NCBI GenBank assembly: GCA_050942995.1
Contig: JBMNOI010000002.1
Location: forward strand, 1 to 57,760
Source of the DNA: Anaerolineae bacterium
GTDB taxonomy: Bacteria > Chloroflexota > Anaerolineae > UBA1429
DNA length: 57,760 bases
Direction: 5' to 3'
The notes under the pieces are model-generated. The model was given only the letters and a program-made list of their open reading frames with translations. It had not been told where the DNA came from and ran no database searches. Within the stretch, counting starts at the first letter, position 1; every line of letters starts with the position of its first letter. A program made the position numbers and the translations under genes. Positions 44,149 through 52,974 of the stretch are shown piece by piece.

Positions 44149-44460
44149 GTGACGATGAAGCGCAACCATAACGTGTTCTGGGGCCTGATTCTGGTTCTGA
44201 TCGGCCTGTTTCTTGCGTTCGATCGGTGGCTGGGTATTTCACTATGGCGTCTTGCGGGGCCGTCGTTCATCATTCTGCTGGGCATGTGGTTAGTGTTGCA
44301 GGGAATGGGATCGCGGTCCGTCGGCGCGGCCGGAAGGGGCCGTTCTTCGTCGCGAGAGGCTCTGGCTGCACAGGGCCGCGTCGATCGGGACGAACGCTTG
44401 CAGCCTGTCGCCAACATCGCAGATGGTGATGGAGAGACCCGGCGTTTGCGTGAGACGTGA
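44149..44460 (+). CDS. Small membrane protein, LiaF/DUF5668-like N-terminal TM pair
   Basis: GAGGAG RBS. Motif VFWGLILVLIGLFLAFDRW. Charged C-terminal tail. Confidence 0.6.
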   Translation: MTMKRNHNVFWGLILVLIGLFLAFDRWLGISLWRLAGPSFIILLGMWLVLQGMGSRSVGAAGRGRSSSREALAAQGRVDRDERLQPVANIADGDGETRRLRET

Positions 44461-44500
44461 GGCGAATCGTCACCGGCTCGACCGTCGGTGACGATTCGCC
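44461..44500 (+). other. 15-bp perfect-stem hairpin directly after the stop codon
   Basis: ggcgaatcgtcaccg (44461-44475) pairs with cggtgacgattcgcc (44486-44500), with a 10-nt loop. No U-tract. Confidence 0.6.
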
Positions 44501-44559
44501 CGAGCCACGGCGATGCCATACACAAGCAGCGGGGATGCGCTGCGTAAGGAGATGTTACG

Positions 44560-45213
44560 ATGCGGTCAAAACAAATGTCGTTAGTGTGGGGCGTGTTACT
44601 GGTGGTGGTGGGCCTGCTGTTTCTGGCGCAGAACCTGGGGCTCGGCGGCCTGCTCTGGTCGGGGCTGTGGGCGTTCATGTTTGGCGCCGGCGGGCTGGCG
44701 TTCCTGTATGTGTTCGCCACCGATTATCGGGAGCGCTGGTGGGCGGTGATCCCCGGATTTGCCCTGCTGGCCATCGGTGGACTCATCGGCATGGAGATAT
44801 TGTTCCCCCGATTGGGCGACCTGATCGGCGGCTCCTTCTTTCTGGGTATGCTGGGGCTGAGTTTCTTGATCGTCTATGTGGTGCATCGTGAGCACTGGTG
44901 GGCGGTCATTCCGGCGGGCGTTCTGTTGACGCTGTCTGTGGTGGCCGGTGTGGATCAACTGGACATTCGCTGGATCGACAGTGGCGCGATCTTTTTCTTT
45001 GGGTTGGGGGCCACCTTTGTCATCGTGTCGGTTCTGCCCACACCTCAGGGGCCCATGCGTTGGGCGCTGATTCCGGCCGGCGTGATGGTGATACTAGGCT
45101 CGATCGTCGCGGCTCAGGGCGCATCTCTGACCCGCTACCTGTTCCCGCTGGCGTTGATTGTGGGCGGCGCCTACCTGTTGATACGCGGGATGAGCGTCCG
45201 CCCCAGAGAGTGA
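44560..45213 (+). CDS. Membrane protein with three internal ~55-aa two-helix repeats (LiaF/DUF5668-like)
   Basis: AAGGAG RBS. Repeats are marked by RERWWAVIPGFALL, REHWWAVIPAGVLL and MRWALIPAGVMV. Confidence 0.7.
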   Translation: MRSKQMSLVWGVLLVVVGLLFLAQNLGLGGLLWSGLWAFMFGAGGLAFLYVFATDYRERWWAVIPGFALLAIGGLIGMEILFPRLGDLIGGSFFLGMLGLSFLIVYVVHREHWWAVIPAGVLLTLSVVAGVDQLDIRWIDSGAIFFFGLGATFVIVSVLPTPQGPMRWALIPAGVMVILGSIVAAQGASLTRYLFPLALIVGGAYLLIRGMSVRPRE

Positions 45214-45257
45214 CATCTTTCTGACCGGGAAGCGATGACGCAATCCTGAATGCTCTC

Positions 45258-45286
45258 TTGACGTTGCCCGTCGGTGGACCGATAAT
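45258..45286 (+). promoter_or_regulatory. Promoter TTGACG-17-GATAAT for pfk
   Basis: Hexamers at 45258-45263 and 45281-45286. AGGAGGG RBS at 45327-45333. Confidence 0.6.
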
Positions 45287-45337
45287 GAGGTAAAGAATCG
45301 GTCTATCGACGGGCAACGTGCTTTACAGGAGGGCCCC

Positions 45338-46429
45338 ATGCCCAAGAAACTTGTCGGCGTACTGACAGCGGGAGGTGATTGTCCCGGCCTCAATGCCGCT
45401 ATTCGGGCAGTAGGTAAAGCGGCTCATGCCCGGGGGATGGATGTGATCGGTTTTCTGGACGGCTTTCACGGTCTGGTGGAGAATCGGACGGTGCGCCTGG
45501 ATATGCCCCGGCTCTCGGGCATCCTTACGCTGGGGGGCACCATTCTAGGGACAAGCCGCGACAAGCCCCACCGTATGCCGGTGGGGGGCGGCCAGACGAT
45601 GGATATGACCTCGATCGCCGCCGACCATTACAACCGGTTGCATCTCGATGCGTTGATCTGCATGGGCGGAGGGGGCACACAAAAGAACGCTTATCGGCTG
45701 CTCCGTGAGGGGTTGAACATCATCACCCTGCCCAAGACCATCGATAATGATGTGGCCCGCACCGATATCACCTTTGGCTTCGATACGGCCATGGCCACGG
45801 CGGCGGAGGCTATCGATCGCCTGCATTCGACGGCCGACAGCCATCATCGCGTCATGATCGTCGAGATTATGGGGCACAACGCCGGCTGGCTGACCCTGGG
45901 AGCCGGCATTGCCGGTGGAGCCGATGTGATCCTGATCCCCGAGATCCCCTATCGCATCGAGCGGGTGATCGATGCCCTGGTGGATCGCTATCGGCAGGGC
46001 AAGCGCTTTAGCATCGTCGCCATCGCAGAGGGTGCGCTATCGGTGGAAGAGGCCGAGGCGCCGGCAGATGGAGACAAGGCGCCCGATGCTTCGGGCGATG
46101 ATGAGGATGTGGCCGGGCAAGAGACCTCCAGCGTGCGCCTGGTGCGGCGCATTACGGACATGACCAATCTGGAGGCGCGGGTGACGGTGCTGGGGCACCT
46201 GCAGCGCGGCGGTACCCCCACTCCCACCGATCGCCTGCTGGCCACGCGTCTGGGCACGGCCGCCATCGACTTTGTCGAGAAAGAAGAATATGGTGTGATG
46301 GTGGGCATTCGCGGCGAGGATTGTGTGGCGGTGCCGTTGAAAAAAGTGGCCGGGCAGCTCAAGCGCGTGCCGCTGGATCACCACTGGATTCGCAGCGCGA
46401 GGCTGGTGGGCACGGCTTTTGGCGATTGA
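45338..46429 (+). CDS. pfkA: 6-phosphofructokinase (PfkA family)
   Basis: Motifs [25 protein letters not shown] and VLGHLQRGG. Atypical GGGGT and MGH motifs and a ~30-aa acidic insertion (see findings). Confidence 0.9.
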   Translation: MPKKLVGVLTAGGDCPGLNAAIRAVGKAAHARGMDVIGFLDGFHGLVENRTVRLDMPRLSGILTLGGTILGTSRDKPHRMPVGGGQTMDMTSIAADHYNRLHLDALICMGGGGTQKNAYRLLREGLNIITLPKTIDNDVARTDITFGFDTAMATAAEAIDRLHSTADSHHRVMIVEIMGHNAGWLTLGAGIAGGADVILIPEIPYRIERVIDALVDRYRQGKRFSIVAIAEGALSVEEAEAPADGDKAPDASGDDEDVAGQETSSVRLVRRITDMTNLEARVTVLGHLQRGGTPTPTDRLLATRLGTAAIDFVEKEEYGVMVGIRGEDCVAVPLKKVAGQLKRVPLDHHWIRSARLVGTAFGD

Positions 46430-46448
46430 CATTCGCGGAATCGAGAGA

Positions 46449-46490
46449 GGGGGGCGCTCCGAGTATCCGGGACGCCCCCCCTTTTTATTT
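46449..46490 (+). terminator. Rho-independent terminator after pfk
   Basis: G-rich and C-rich stem (8 bp, a bulge, then 3 bp) followed by TTTTTATTTAT. Confidence 0.7.
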
Positions 46491-46506
46491 ATGCCACCGG
46501 GGCATA

Positions 46507-47388
46507 TCAGCCCAGTAGCGTCTCTTCGTCCGGCTGGTCGTCCTGCCCCTTGTCCCAGTCGATCCCCTCCAGCTCTTCCAGCGTATGGGTCTGCCGCCAC
46601 TCCTCAAAGTCGGCCTCGATCTCTTCCGTCCACCGGGTGTCCATCTGGCTGGATGTATAGATGCCCTCACGCAGGCGGCTATGGGAGAACATTTCTCGCA
46701 GGCGGGTCCGCTCGGAATGCTCTACCACTTCTTCGGCCAGGTGTGGCGGGATGAACAACACGCCGGTATAGGTGCCCAACACCACATCGCCCGGCATGCA
46801 GATCGCAGCGCCGATACGGCAGGGGGTGTTCATGCCCACCAGGGTGACATTGCGGATGGGCGTGGGATCGATGCCCTTGCAGAACGTCGAAAAGTTGGGG
46901 ATGCGCAGAATCTGCTCCGCGTCGCGAATTCCGCCATAGATAACCTGCCCCGCGCCGGTGCGTGTCGCAATGGCGGTGGACAGGTTGGCGCCGGAGAAGG
47001 TGCCCTGGTAGACCTTGCCAAACAGGTCGATGACGACGACGTCATCCTTGACCAGCGTCTCGATGATCCAGGAGTTCATGGCGCCGATACGGCCCTCCTG
47101 GTTCTGCCCATAGTCCATCAGGCTATCGTGCAGATCGGGGCGGTGGGGGACGAACACGCCGGTGACGGCGCGTCCCACCAGAGTGCGCTCGGGGTTCAGG
47201 TTCTGCCAGTTGCCCTCGAACTGGTGATAGTATCCGTGGCGCCAGAGTACCGACCAGGCCTCCTCCGTCTGCACTTTTTTCATGCGCCGGATAATGTCGT
47301 CTGAGACACGGGGCCGACCATCATCAAAGCGCTCGCCTGTCCACTGCGGGGTGAGCTGGATAATGTCCACGCGATTGGAGAATTTCAC
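46507..47388 (-). CDS. RraA-family protein (RraA / 4-hydroxy-4-methyl-2-oxoglutarate aldolase-like)
   Basis: GTG 47388 lies 6 nt after AAGGAG. Motif VVVIDLFG...GANLSTAIATRTGAGQVIYGGIRD. The track ORF extension to 47634 was rejected. Confidence 0.8.
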   Translation of the reverse strand: MKFSNRVDIIQLTPQWTGERFDDGRPRVSDDIIRRMKKVQTEEAWSVLWRHGYYHQFEGNWQNLNPERTLVGRAVTGVFVPHRPDLHDSLMDYGQNQEGRIGAMNSWIIETLVKDDVVVIDLFGKVYQGTFSGANLSTAIATRTGAGQVIYGGIRDAEQILRIPNFSTFCKGIDPTPIRNVTLVGMNTPCRIGAAICMPGDVVLGTYTGVLFIPPHLAEEVVEHSERTRLREMFSHSRLREGIYTSSQMDTRWTEEIEADFEEWRQTHTLEELEGIDWDKGQDDQPDEETLLG

Positions 47389-47862
47389 GATCTGCTCCTT
47401 ATGGTGAGATGCGGGCGGCAGAGCGCCGCGACGTCGGATACCCGAACCAGCCGAGATCGATACGAGGTTTCCGCCCACCGGCGGGGACGAATCCCGGCAG
47501 GTGGCAGCGGGCACTCGTCCAAAACGGGCATACAGGTGGACAAATGCGGGGCAAAGAGAATCATCGCTCATGGCCTGCATTGTTACGCACTTCTTTCCGG
47601 CAATTCGAAGTAAAATGCAGTACGTTCTTAACACCTCTCGTAAGCGGCGTCAAGCATCTGTGCGATGAACAGAGTAGATCGCGGGCGATGTGCATTCGCC
47701 CCTTCGGAGGGAGGGTGCTTTGCGATTCGTACACAGCCCTGCGCGTGAATCCCCGTACCTTGTGTGTACACAAGAGTGTGGTACAATATAGAATATCGGC
47801 GACTCGAAAAGGCGCCGTGCTTTACATATCCTGGGTTGATTTCTGCAGGGAGTCGCACTCGA

Positions 47863-48615
47863 ATGATCGCCACTGCCTCAAAGGCCAGGCGTCGACTTGA
47901 TCCACATTTCAGGACAAGCCCTTTCGTGTACGGTATCATGAAATGGGTCGTTACCCGCATCATGCATTTACTGTATCGTTATGAGGTAGTCGGCGCGGAG
48001 AATTTTGCTCTCGAGGGCCCCGCCATTGTGGTGGTGAACCACCTTCATCTGCTGGATCCCCTTGCCGTCGCTCCGATTTCACCCCGACAGATCGTTACCC
48101 TGGCCGCATCGAAATGGCGCAGTAACCTGCTCGTGGGCACCGTTTTGCGTCTGGCCGGGGTGATCTTTGTGCGGCGTGGCGAGGTGGACCGTGAGGCGCT
48201 GCGGGCCTGTCAGAACGTGCTTTCCGCCGGGGGGATGCTGGCGATTGCGCCGGAGGGTACGCGCAGCCGTACCGGGCAGCTCCAGCACGCCAAGGCCGGC
48301 GTGGCCTATATCACCATGCGAACCGGCGCCACACTCTTGCCCGTGGCCGTGTGGGGGGTAGAAAAGCTCTCTATGTGGTTTCGTTTCAAGCGTCCCACAT
48401 GCTACGTCGCGGTCGGACGACCGTTTCGGCTGTCGCGTCCCGACGGCAAGATCACGACCGACATTCTGCGAGAGATGGCCGACGAGGTGATGATAGAGAT
48501 CGGGCGGATGCTGCCGTCCGAATATCGTGGGGTTTATGCCGAGACGATCGCGGCGGTCGACGCCGGCGAGTCCCCCGAATCTCCATTCAAGTGGATAGAA
48601 CGGAGTGGGGCATGA
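47863..48615 (+). CDS. plsC: 1-acyl-sn-glycerol-3-phosphate acyltransferase (PlsC family)
   Basis: HX4D motif NHLHLLD and IAPEGTRS. The start is uncertain (47863 after AGGGAG, or 47938). Confidence 0.8.
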   Translation: MIATASKARRRLDPHFRTSPFVYGIMKWVVTRIMHLLYRYEVVGAENFALEGPAIVVVNHLHLLDPLAVAPISPRQIVTLAASKWRSNLLVGTVLRLAGVIFVRRGEVDREALRACQNVLSAGGMLAIAPEGTRSRTGQLQHAKAGVAYITMRTGATLLPVAVWGVEKLSMWFRFKRPTCYVAVGRPFRLSRPDGKITTDILREMADEVMIEIGRMLPSEYRGVYAETIAAVDAGESPESPFKWIERSGA

Positions 48616-49067
48616 GCCGGTACCATATCGATGTGCAGATCGATCCAGAGTATGAGGCCCATGTGTCGGCCGAATGGGTGAAACAGGTTGTGGATGCCGC
48701 GCTGGCACAGCAGGATCAACCTGCAGGGGCGGGCGTCAGTATCGTGATCGCCGGTGACGAGATGCTGCACGAGCTGAACCAGGCCTATCGTAACCTGGAC
48801 GAGCCCACCGATGTGCTCTCATTTCCCGCTCATGAGGGTGAGTTTGTGGGGCCTCAAAGCGAACTGATGCAGTATCTGGGTGATGTGGTGATTTCGTACC
48901 CCAAAACCGTGGCGCAGGCCTCAGAGCAGGGGCATGGTGTTGAGGCCGAGTTGAGCCTGCTTATCGTGCATGGTTGTCTGCATCTCCTGGGTTATGATCA
49001 CGCTGAAGAAGAGGAGCGGGCGCAGATGTGGGCGCAGCAGGAGTCTATCCTGCGCGGCCTGTCGTGA
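48612..49067 (+). CDS. ybeY: rRNA maturation endoribonuclease YbeY
   Basis: The ATG overlaps the plsC stop (ATGA). Motifs TDVLSFP and HGCLHLLGYDH. Confidence 0.9.
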   Translation: MSRYHIDVQIDPEYEAHVSAEWVKQVVDAALAQQDQPAGAGVSIVIAGDEMLHELNQAYRNLDEPTDVLSFPAHEGEFVGPQSELMQYLGDVVISYPKTVAQASEQGHGVEAELSLLIVHGCLHLLGYDHAEEEERAQMWAQQESILRGLS

Positions 49068-49114
49068 GCGCTCGTACACCATACCATGCCGATAACGCTC
49101 TGGGAGGAATACTG

Positions 49115-50920
49115 TTGGAACGGTTATTGATGTCGGGTAACGAAGCCATCGCCCGCGGGGCCTGGGAGGCCGGTGTGCGAGTGGCCGCCGGATATCCGGG
49201 GACTCCCAGTACCGAGATCCTCGAGACACTCGCGCCCATGCCGGGCGTATATGCCGAATGGTCACCCAACGAAAAGGTGGCGACCGATGTGGCCGTGGGC
49301 GCGGCCTATGCCGGCGTGCGTTCCATGGCGGTGATGAAGCATGTCGGCCTGAATGTGGCCGCCGATTCGCTGTTCTACGCCTCGATGACCGGCCTGGAGG
49401 CCGGGATGGTGCTGGTGGTGGCCGATGATCCCGGCATGCACAGTTCCCAGGGGGAACAAGATAGCCGCCGATACGCCAAATTTGCCCGTGTCCCCTGCCT
49501 GGAGCCCAGCGATAGCCAGGAGGCCAAGGATATGGTGGCCGCGGCCCTGGCGCTGAGCGAAGAGTATGATACGCCTGTGCTGTTGCGGGTGAGCACCCGC
49601 ATCTCGCATGCTCATAGTATCGTCGAGCTGGGGCCGGAACGCGATTCGTCGCTGTGCAACGACGGACATGGCTATCGGATCGATATCCCCAAGTATGTGA
49701 TGGTGCCGGCCCATGCCCGCCAGCGTCATTCGGTGGTCGAAGCGCGTATGCGCCGGATAGCGGCGGGGGCCGAAAGCCTGCCGTGGAATCGTGTCGAGAT
49801 GGGCGATACGCGCCTGGGCATTATCACGCATAGCGTGGCCTATCAATATGCCCGGGAGGTATTCCCCGAGGCATCGTTCCTGCGCCTGGGCATGACCTAT
49901 CCGCTGTCGCGAGATCTGCTGGCCGATTTCGCCCGACGGGTGGATCGGCTCATCGTGGTGGAAGAGCTGGATCCCGTCATCGAGGAAGAGCTGGCCGTTC
50001 TGGGCATTCGTGCCGAAGGAAAGAGTATCTTTCCGCTGGAGGGAGAGCTCTCTCCCGAGACGGTGCGCGAGTGCGCGATCGACGCCGGGCTGCTGCCCGA
50101 ATCGGCGCGGCCGGAGCGAGTGTCGCTGACGCTGCCCGATCTGCCGTCGCGCCCGCCGGTGCTCTGTCCGGGGTGTCCGCATCGCGGCATCTATACCGTA
50201 GCCAACCGGCTCAAGCTGGTGGTCAATGGGGATATCGGTTGTTATACGCTGGGCTTTTTGCCGCCGTTGAGCGCCGTGCACTCGACCGGGTGCATGGGGG
50301 CCAGCATCGGAGTGGCCCACGGCGTGACCCGGGCGGGAATCAATCAGAAACATATCGCCGTCATCGGTGATTCGACCTTTTTCCATACCGGCTTGCAGGC
50401 GTTGCTGAATACCGCCTATAACGAAAGTAACACAACGACGGTAATCGTCGATAACCGCACCACGGCCATGACGGGGCATCAGCAGCATCCGGGCACCGGC
50501 CGTACGCTACAGGGACGGCCGGCTCGTGAGGCCGATATCGAGGCGGTGGTGCGGGCGCTGGGGATCGATCAGGTCACGGTGGTGGATCCCTACGATCTGG
50601 ATGCGGTGGAGCAGGCGCTGCGCACCGCAACCGAGGCCAGTGGGCCGGCGGTGATCATATCGCGCAGGGAATGTGCCCTGCTCCCTGAGGCGAGAGCCCG
50701 CTATGCCCCACTACAGGTCGATGAGGATGTTTGTATCGCATGTGGCGCATGCCGGCGGCTGGGCTGCCCGGCCATGGGCCTGAGCGATAGCATATACGAG
50801 AGGACGGGCCGGCCCAAGAGCCGGATCGATCCGCTCTTGTGTACAGGATGCAAGATCTGCGCTCAGATCTGCCCGAGAGACGGCATCGTCCCCCGGGCCA
50901 ATGAAGCAGAAACGTTGTGA
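49115..50920 (+). CDS. iorA: Indolepyruvate:ferredoxin oxidoreductase alpha subunit
   Basis: TTG 49115 lies 7 nt after GGGAGG (ATG 49130 is the alternative). Motifs SGNEAIARGAWEAGV and GYPGTPSTE. TPP-binding region and two C-terminal CxxCxxCxxxC ferredoxin motifs. Confidence 0.9.
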   Translation: MERLLMSGNEAIARGAWEAGVRVAAGYPGTPSTEILETLAPMPGVYAEWSPNEKVATDVAVGAAYAGVRSMAVMKHVGLNVAADSLFYASMTGLEAGMVLVVADDPGMHSSQGEQDSRRYAKFARVPCLEPSDSQEAKDMVAAALALSEEYDTPVLLRVSTRISHAHSIVELGPERDSSLCNDGHGYRIDIPKYVMVPAHARQRHSVVEARMRRIAAGAESLPWNRVEMGDTRLGIITHSVAYQYAREVFPEASFLRLGMTYPLSRDLLADFARRVDRLIVVEELDPVIEEELAVLGIRAEGKSIFPLEGELSPETVRECAIDAGLLPESARPERVSLTLPDLPSRPPVLCPGCPHRGIYTVANRLKLVVNGDIGCYTLGFLPPLSAVHSTGCMGASIGVAHGVTRAGINQKHIAVIGDSTFFHTGLQALLNTAYNESNTTTVIVDNRTTAMTGHQQHPGTGRTLQGRPAREADIEAVVRALGIDQVTVVDPYDLDAVEQALRTATEASGPAVIISRRECALLPEARARYAPLQVDEDVCIACGACRRLGCPAMGLSDSIYERTGRPKSRIDPLLCTGCKICAQICPRDGIVPRANEAETL

Positions 50921-50942
50921 TAGTATTGTTGGAGGATTGCAA

Positions 50943-51569
50943 GTGAGCGCATTGGAGCAGAATTTCTTGCTGGCAGGCGTGGGGGGACAGGGCACGCTGC
51001 TGGCGGCCGACGTCGTTGCGTTGGTGGGCATGAAACTCGGCCTGGACGTGAAAAAGTCCGAGGTGCATGGAATGGCCCAGCGTGGCGGCAGTGTAACCAG
51101 CCACGTGCGCTGGGGAAAAAAGGTGGCGTCGCCGCTCATCGAGCCGGGCGAAGTAGATTTCATGATCGCTTTCGAACGGCTGGAGGGGTTGCGCTATGCC
51201 CATATGACGCGGCCCGGGGGCGTTCTGCTGATTAACGATTATCGGATCGCGCCGGTCACGGTCGCTTCGGGGAGCAAGATCTATCCCAGCGAGGTGGATG
51301 AGGAACTGGCCTATGCCTCGGTGGTGCGCTCGGTATGTGGCGATAACTGTATCGAGCGGATGTATGTGCCGGCCGTGGCTATCGCGCAAGAGATGGGAAA
51401 TTCACGGGTGAATAATATCATCATTCTGGGGGCGCTGTCGGCGTTGCTGCCCGACGTGCCCGAGGAGTTGTGGTTAGAGGTGATCTCTGAGCGCGTGCCG
51501 AGTCGATATGTTCAGTTGAATCGCACGGCCTTTACGACCGGCCGTGCTTATATGCAGGGCCACTCGTGA
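50943..51569 (+). CDS. iorB: Indolepyruvate:ferredoxin oxidoreductase beta subunit
   Basis: GTG 50943 lies 6 nt after GGAGGA. Motif [15 protein letters not shown]. Confidence 0.85.
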   Translation: MSALEQNFLLAGVGGQGTLLAADVVALVGMKLGLDVKKSEVHGMAQRGGSVTSHVRWGKKVASPLIEPGEVDFMIAFERLEGLRYAHMTRPGGVLLINDYRIAPVTVASGSKIYPSEVDEELAYASVVRSVCGDNCIERMYVPAVAIAQEMGNSRVNNIIILGALSALLPDVPEELWLEVISERVPSRYVQLNRTAFTTGRAYMQGHS

Positions 51570-52300
51570 GCGCGGGGAACGGCCCTCGTGTCGATGGTCG
51601 GGCGTATGATGAGTTGCGCCCGGTCACCATCGAGACCGGTTATTTGGAGACCGCCGACGGCTCGGTGTTGATCTCCTGTGGCAAGACCCGTGTGCTTTGC
51701 GCGGCGACGGTGCAGGAATCTGTGCCGCCCTGGCTGATAGGCCAGGGGCGAGGCTGGGTGACGGGGGAATATGCCATGTTGCCCCGCTCCACGCAGCGAC
51801 GCACCCCGCGTGAGACGAGCGGGCCTTCCGGTCGTACGCAAGAGATTCGACGGCTCATCGGCAGGTCGCTACGGGCGGCGGTGGATCTGTTCGCTTTAGG
51901 CGAGCGCACCGTCATCGTGGACTGTGATGTGATCCAGGCCGATGGAGGTACCCGTACCGCCTCGATTACCGGGGGATATGTCGCTCTGGCGCTGGCGCTC
52001 AAGCCTCTGATCGATCTGGGGCTGCTGGATGAGAGTGTGCTGACGTGGCCGGTGGCTGCCGTGAGTGTCGGCATGATAGAAGGCGACCCCATGCTCGATC
52101 TGTGCTATGATGAGGATGTGCACGCCCAGGTCGATATGAACGTGGTGATGAACGGCGCGGGCGACTTTATCGAAGTGCAGGGCACGGCAGAGGGGCAGCC
52201 CTTCTCGCGGCGTGACCTGGATCATATGCTGGCCCTGGCCGAGCAGGGCATTGCCCGGTTGCTGGACGCGCAGCGTCGGGCGCTCGGACGATCGGCATAG
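51566..52300 (+). CDS. rph: Ribonuclease PH
   Basis: The GTG overlaps the iorB stop (GTGA). Motifs [43 protein letters not shown] and [14 protein letters not shown]. Confidence 0.95.
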   Translation: MSAGNGPRVDGRAYDELRPVTIETGYLETADGSVLISCGKTRVLCAATVQESVPPWLIGQGRGWVTGEYAMLPRSTQRRTPRETSGPSGRTQEIRRLIGRSLRAAVDLFALGERTVIVDCDVIQADGGTRTASITGGYVALALALKPLIDLGLLDESVLTWPVAAVSVGMIEGDPMLDLCYDEDVHAQVDMNVVMNGAGDFIEVQGTAEGQPFSRRDLDHMLALAEQGIARLLDAQRRALGRSA

Positions 52301-52307
52301 CCTGGTG

Positions 52308-52350
52308 GCTTTGGGGTGTTGGATCACAAACGAGCCCAACACCCCAAAGC
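52308..52350 (+). terminator. 15-bp stem hairpin after rph
   Basis: gctttggggtgttgg pairs with ccaacaccccaaagc. No U-tract. Confidence 0.45.
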
Positions 52351-52392
52351 TGCCCTCGCACTCTCAAAATACCAATCAAGGGAGGAATCCCA

Positions 52393-52965
52393 GTGGAACC
52401 AACACGCGAGGACGCCCGGGAGTTGTTGAACAGGCACACCAAGTCGGAGAGCCTGATCAAGCACGCCCTGGCCGTCGAAGCGGCGATGCGGGCATATGCC
52501 CGTCGCTATGGTGAGGATGAAGATCGATGGGCCGTTACCGGCCTGATCCACGATTTCGATTATGAGGAACACCCCACGGCCGAAGAACACCCCATGGTGG
52601 GGGCGATGATGCTGAGGGAGCTGGGCTGGCCTGAGGATATCGTCCTGGCCGTCCAGGGACACGGCAACCATCTGGACGTTCCCCGCACCACGATGATGGC
52701 CAAGAGCCTGTACGCAGTCGATGAATTGACAGGGTTTATCATGGCATGTACATTGGTGCGGCCCGACAAATGCATCATCAACCTCAAAACCAAGTCCGTC
52801 CTCAAAAAGTGGAAGGACAAAGCGTTTGCCCGCGGAGTCAACCGCCAGGATATCGAGCAGGGTGCCGCCGACTTGGGTCTCGACCTGAACGAGCATATCG
52901 AGTATGTGATCGAGGCGCTCAAGCCCGTGGCGAAAGAACTCGGGCTCGATGGAGCGGGCAACTGA
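52393..52965 (+). CDS. HD-domain metal-dependent phosphohydrolase
   Basis: Motifs KHALAVEAAMRAYA and GLIHDFDYE. Confidence 0.8.
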   Translation: MEPTREDARELLNRHTKSESLIKHALAVEAAMRAYARRYGEDEDRWAVTGLIHDFDYEEHPTAEEHPMVGAMMLRELGWPEDIVLAVQGHGNHLDVPRTTMMAKSLYAVDELTGFIMACTLVRPDKCIINLKTKSVLKKWKDKAFARGVNRQDIEQGAADLGLDLNEHIEYVIEALKPVAKELGLDGAGN

Positions 52966-52974
52966 GCTACTACC

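Noticed and set aside
43836-44720. 294-aa minus-strand ORF
   Set aside because: - It is Pro/Arg/Ser-rich with no motifs.
- It lies antisense to two plus-strand genes with RBSs and clear TM helices, and it spans an intergenic region.
- This is a typical high-GC antisense artefact.
47389-47634. 82-aa N-terminal extension of the RraA-like ORF
   Set aside because: - The extension has no family similarity.
- The family-like sequence begins at VKFSNRVDII, with GTG 6 nt after AAGGAG.
- I treat the upstream part as leader.
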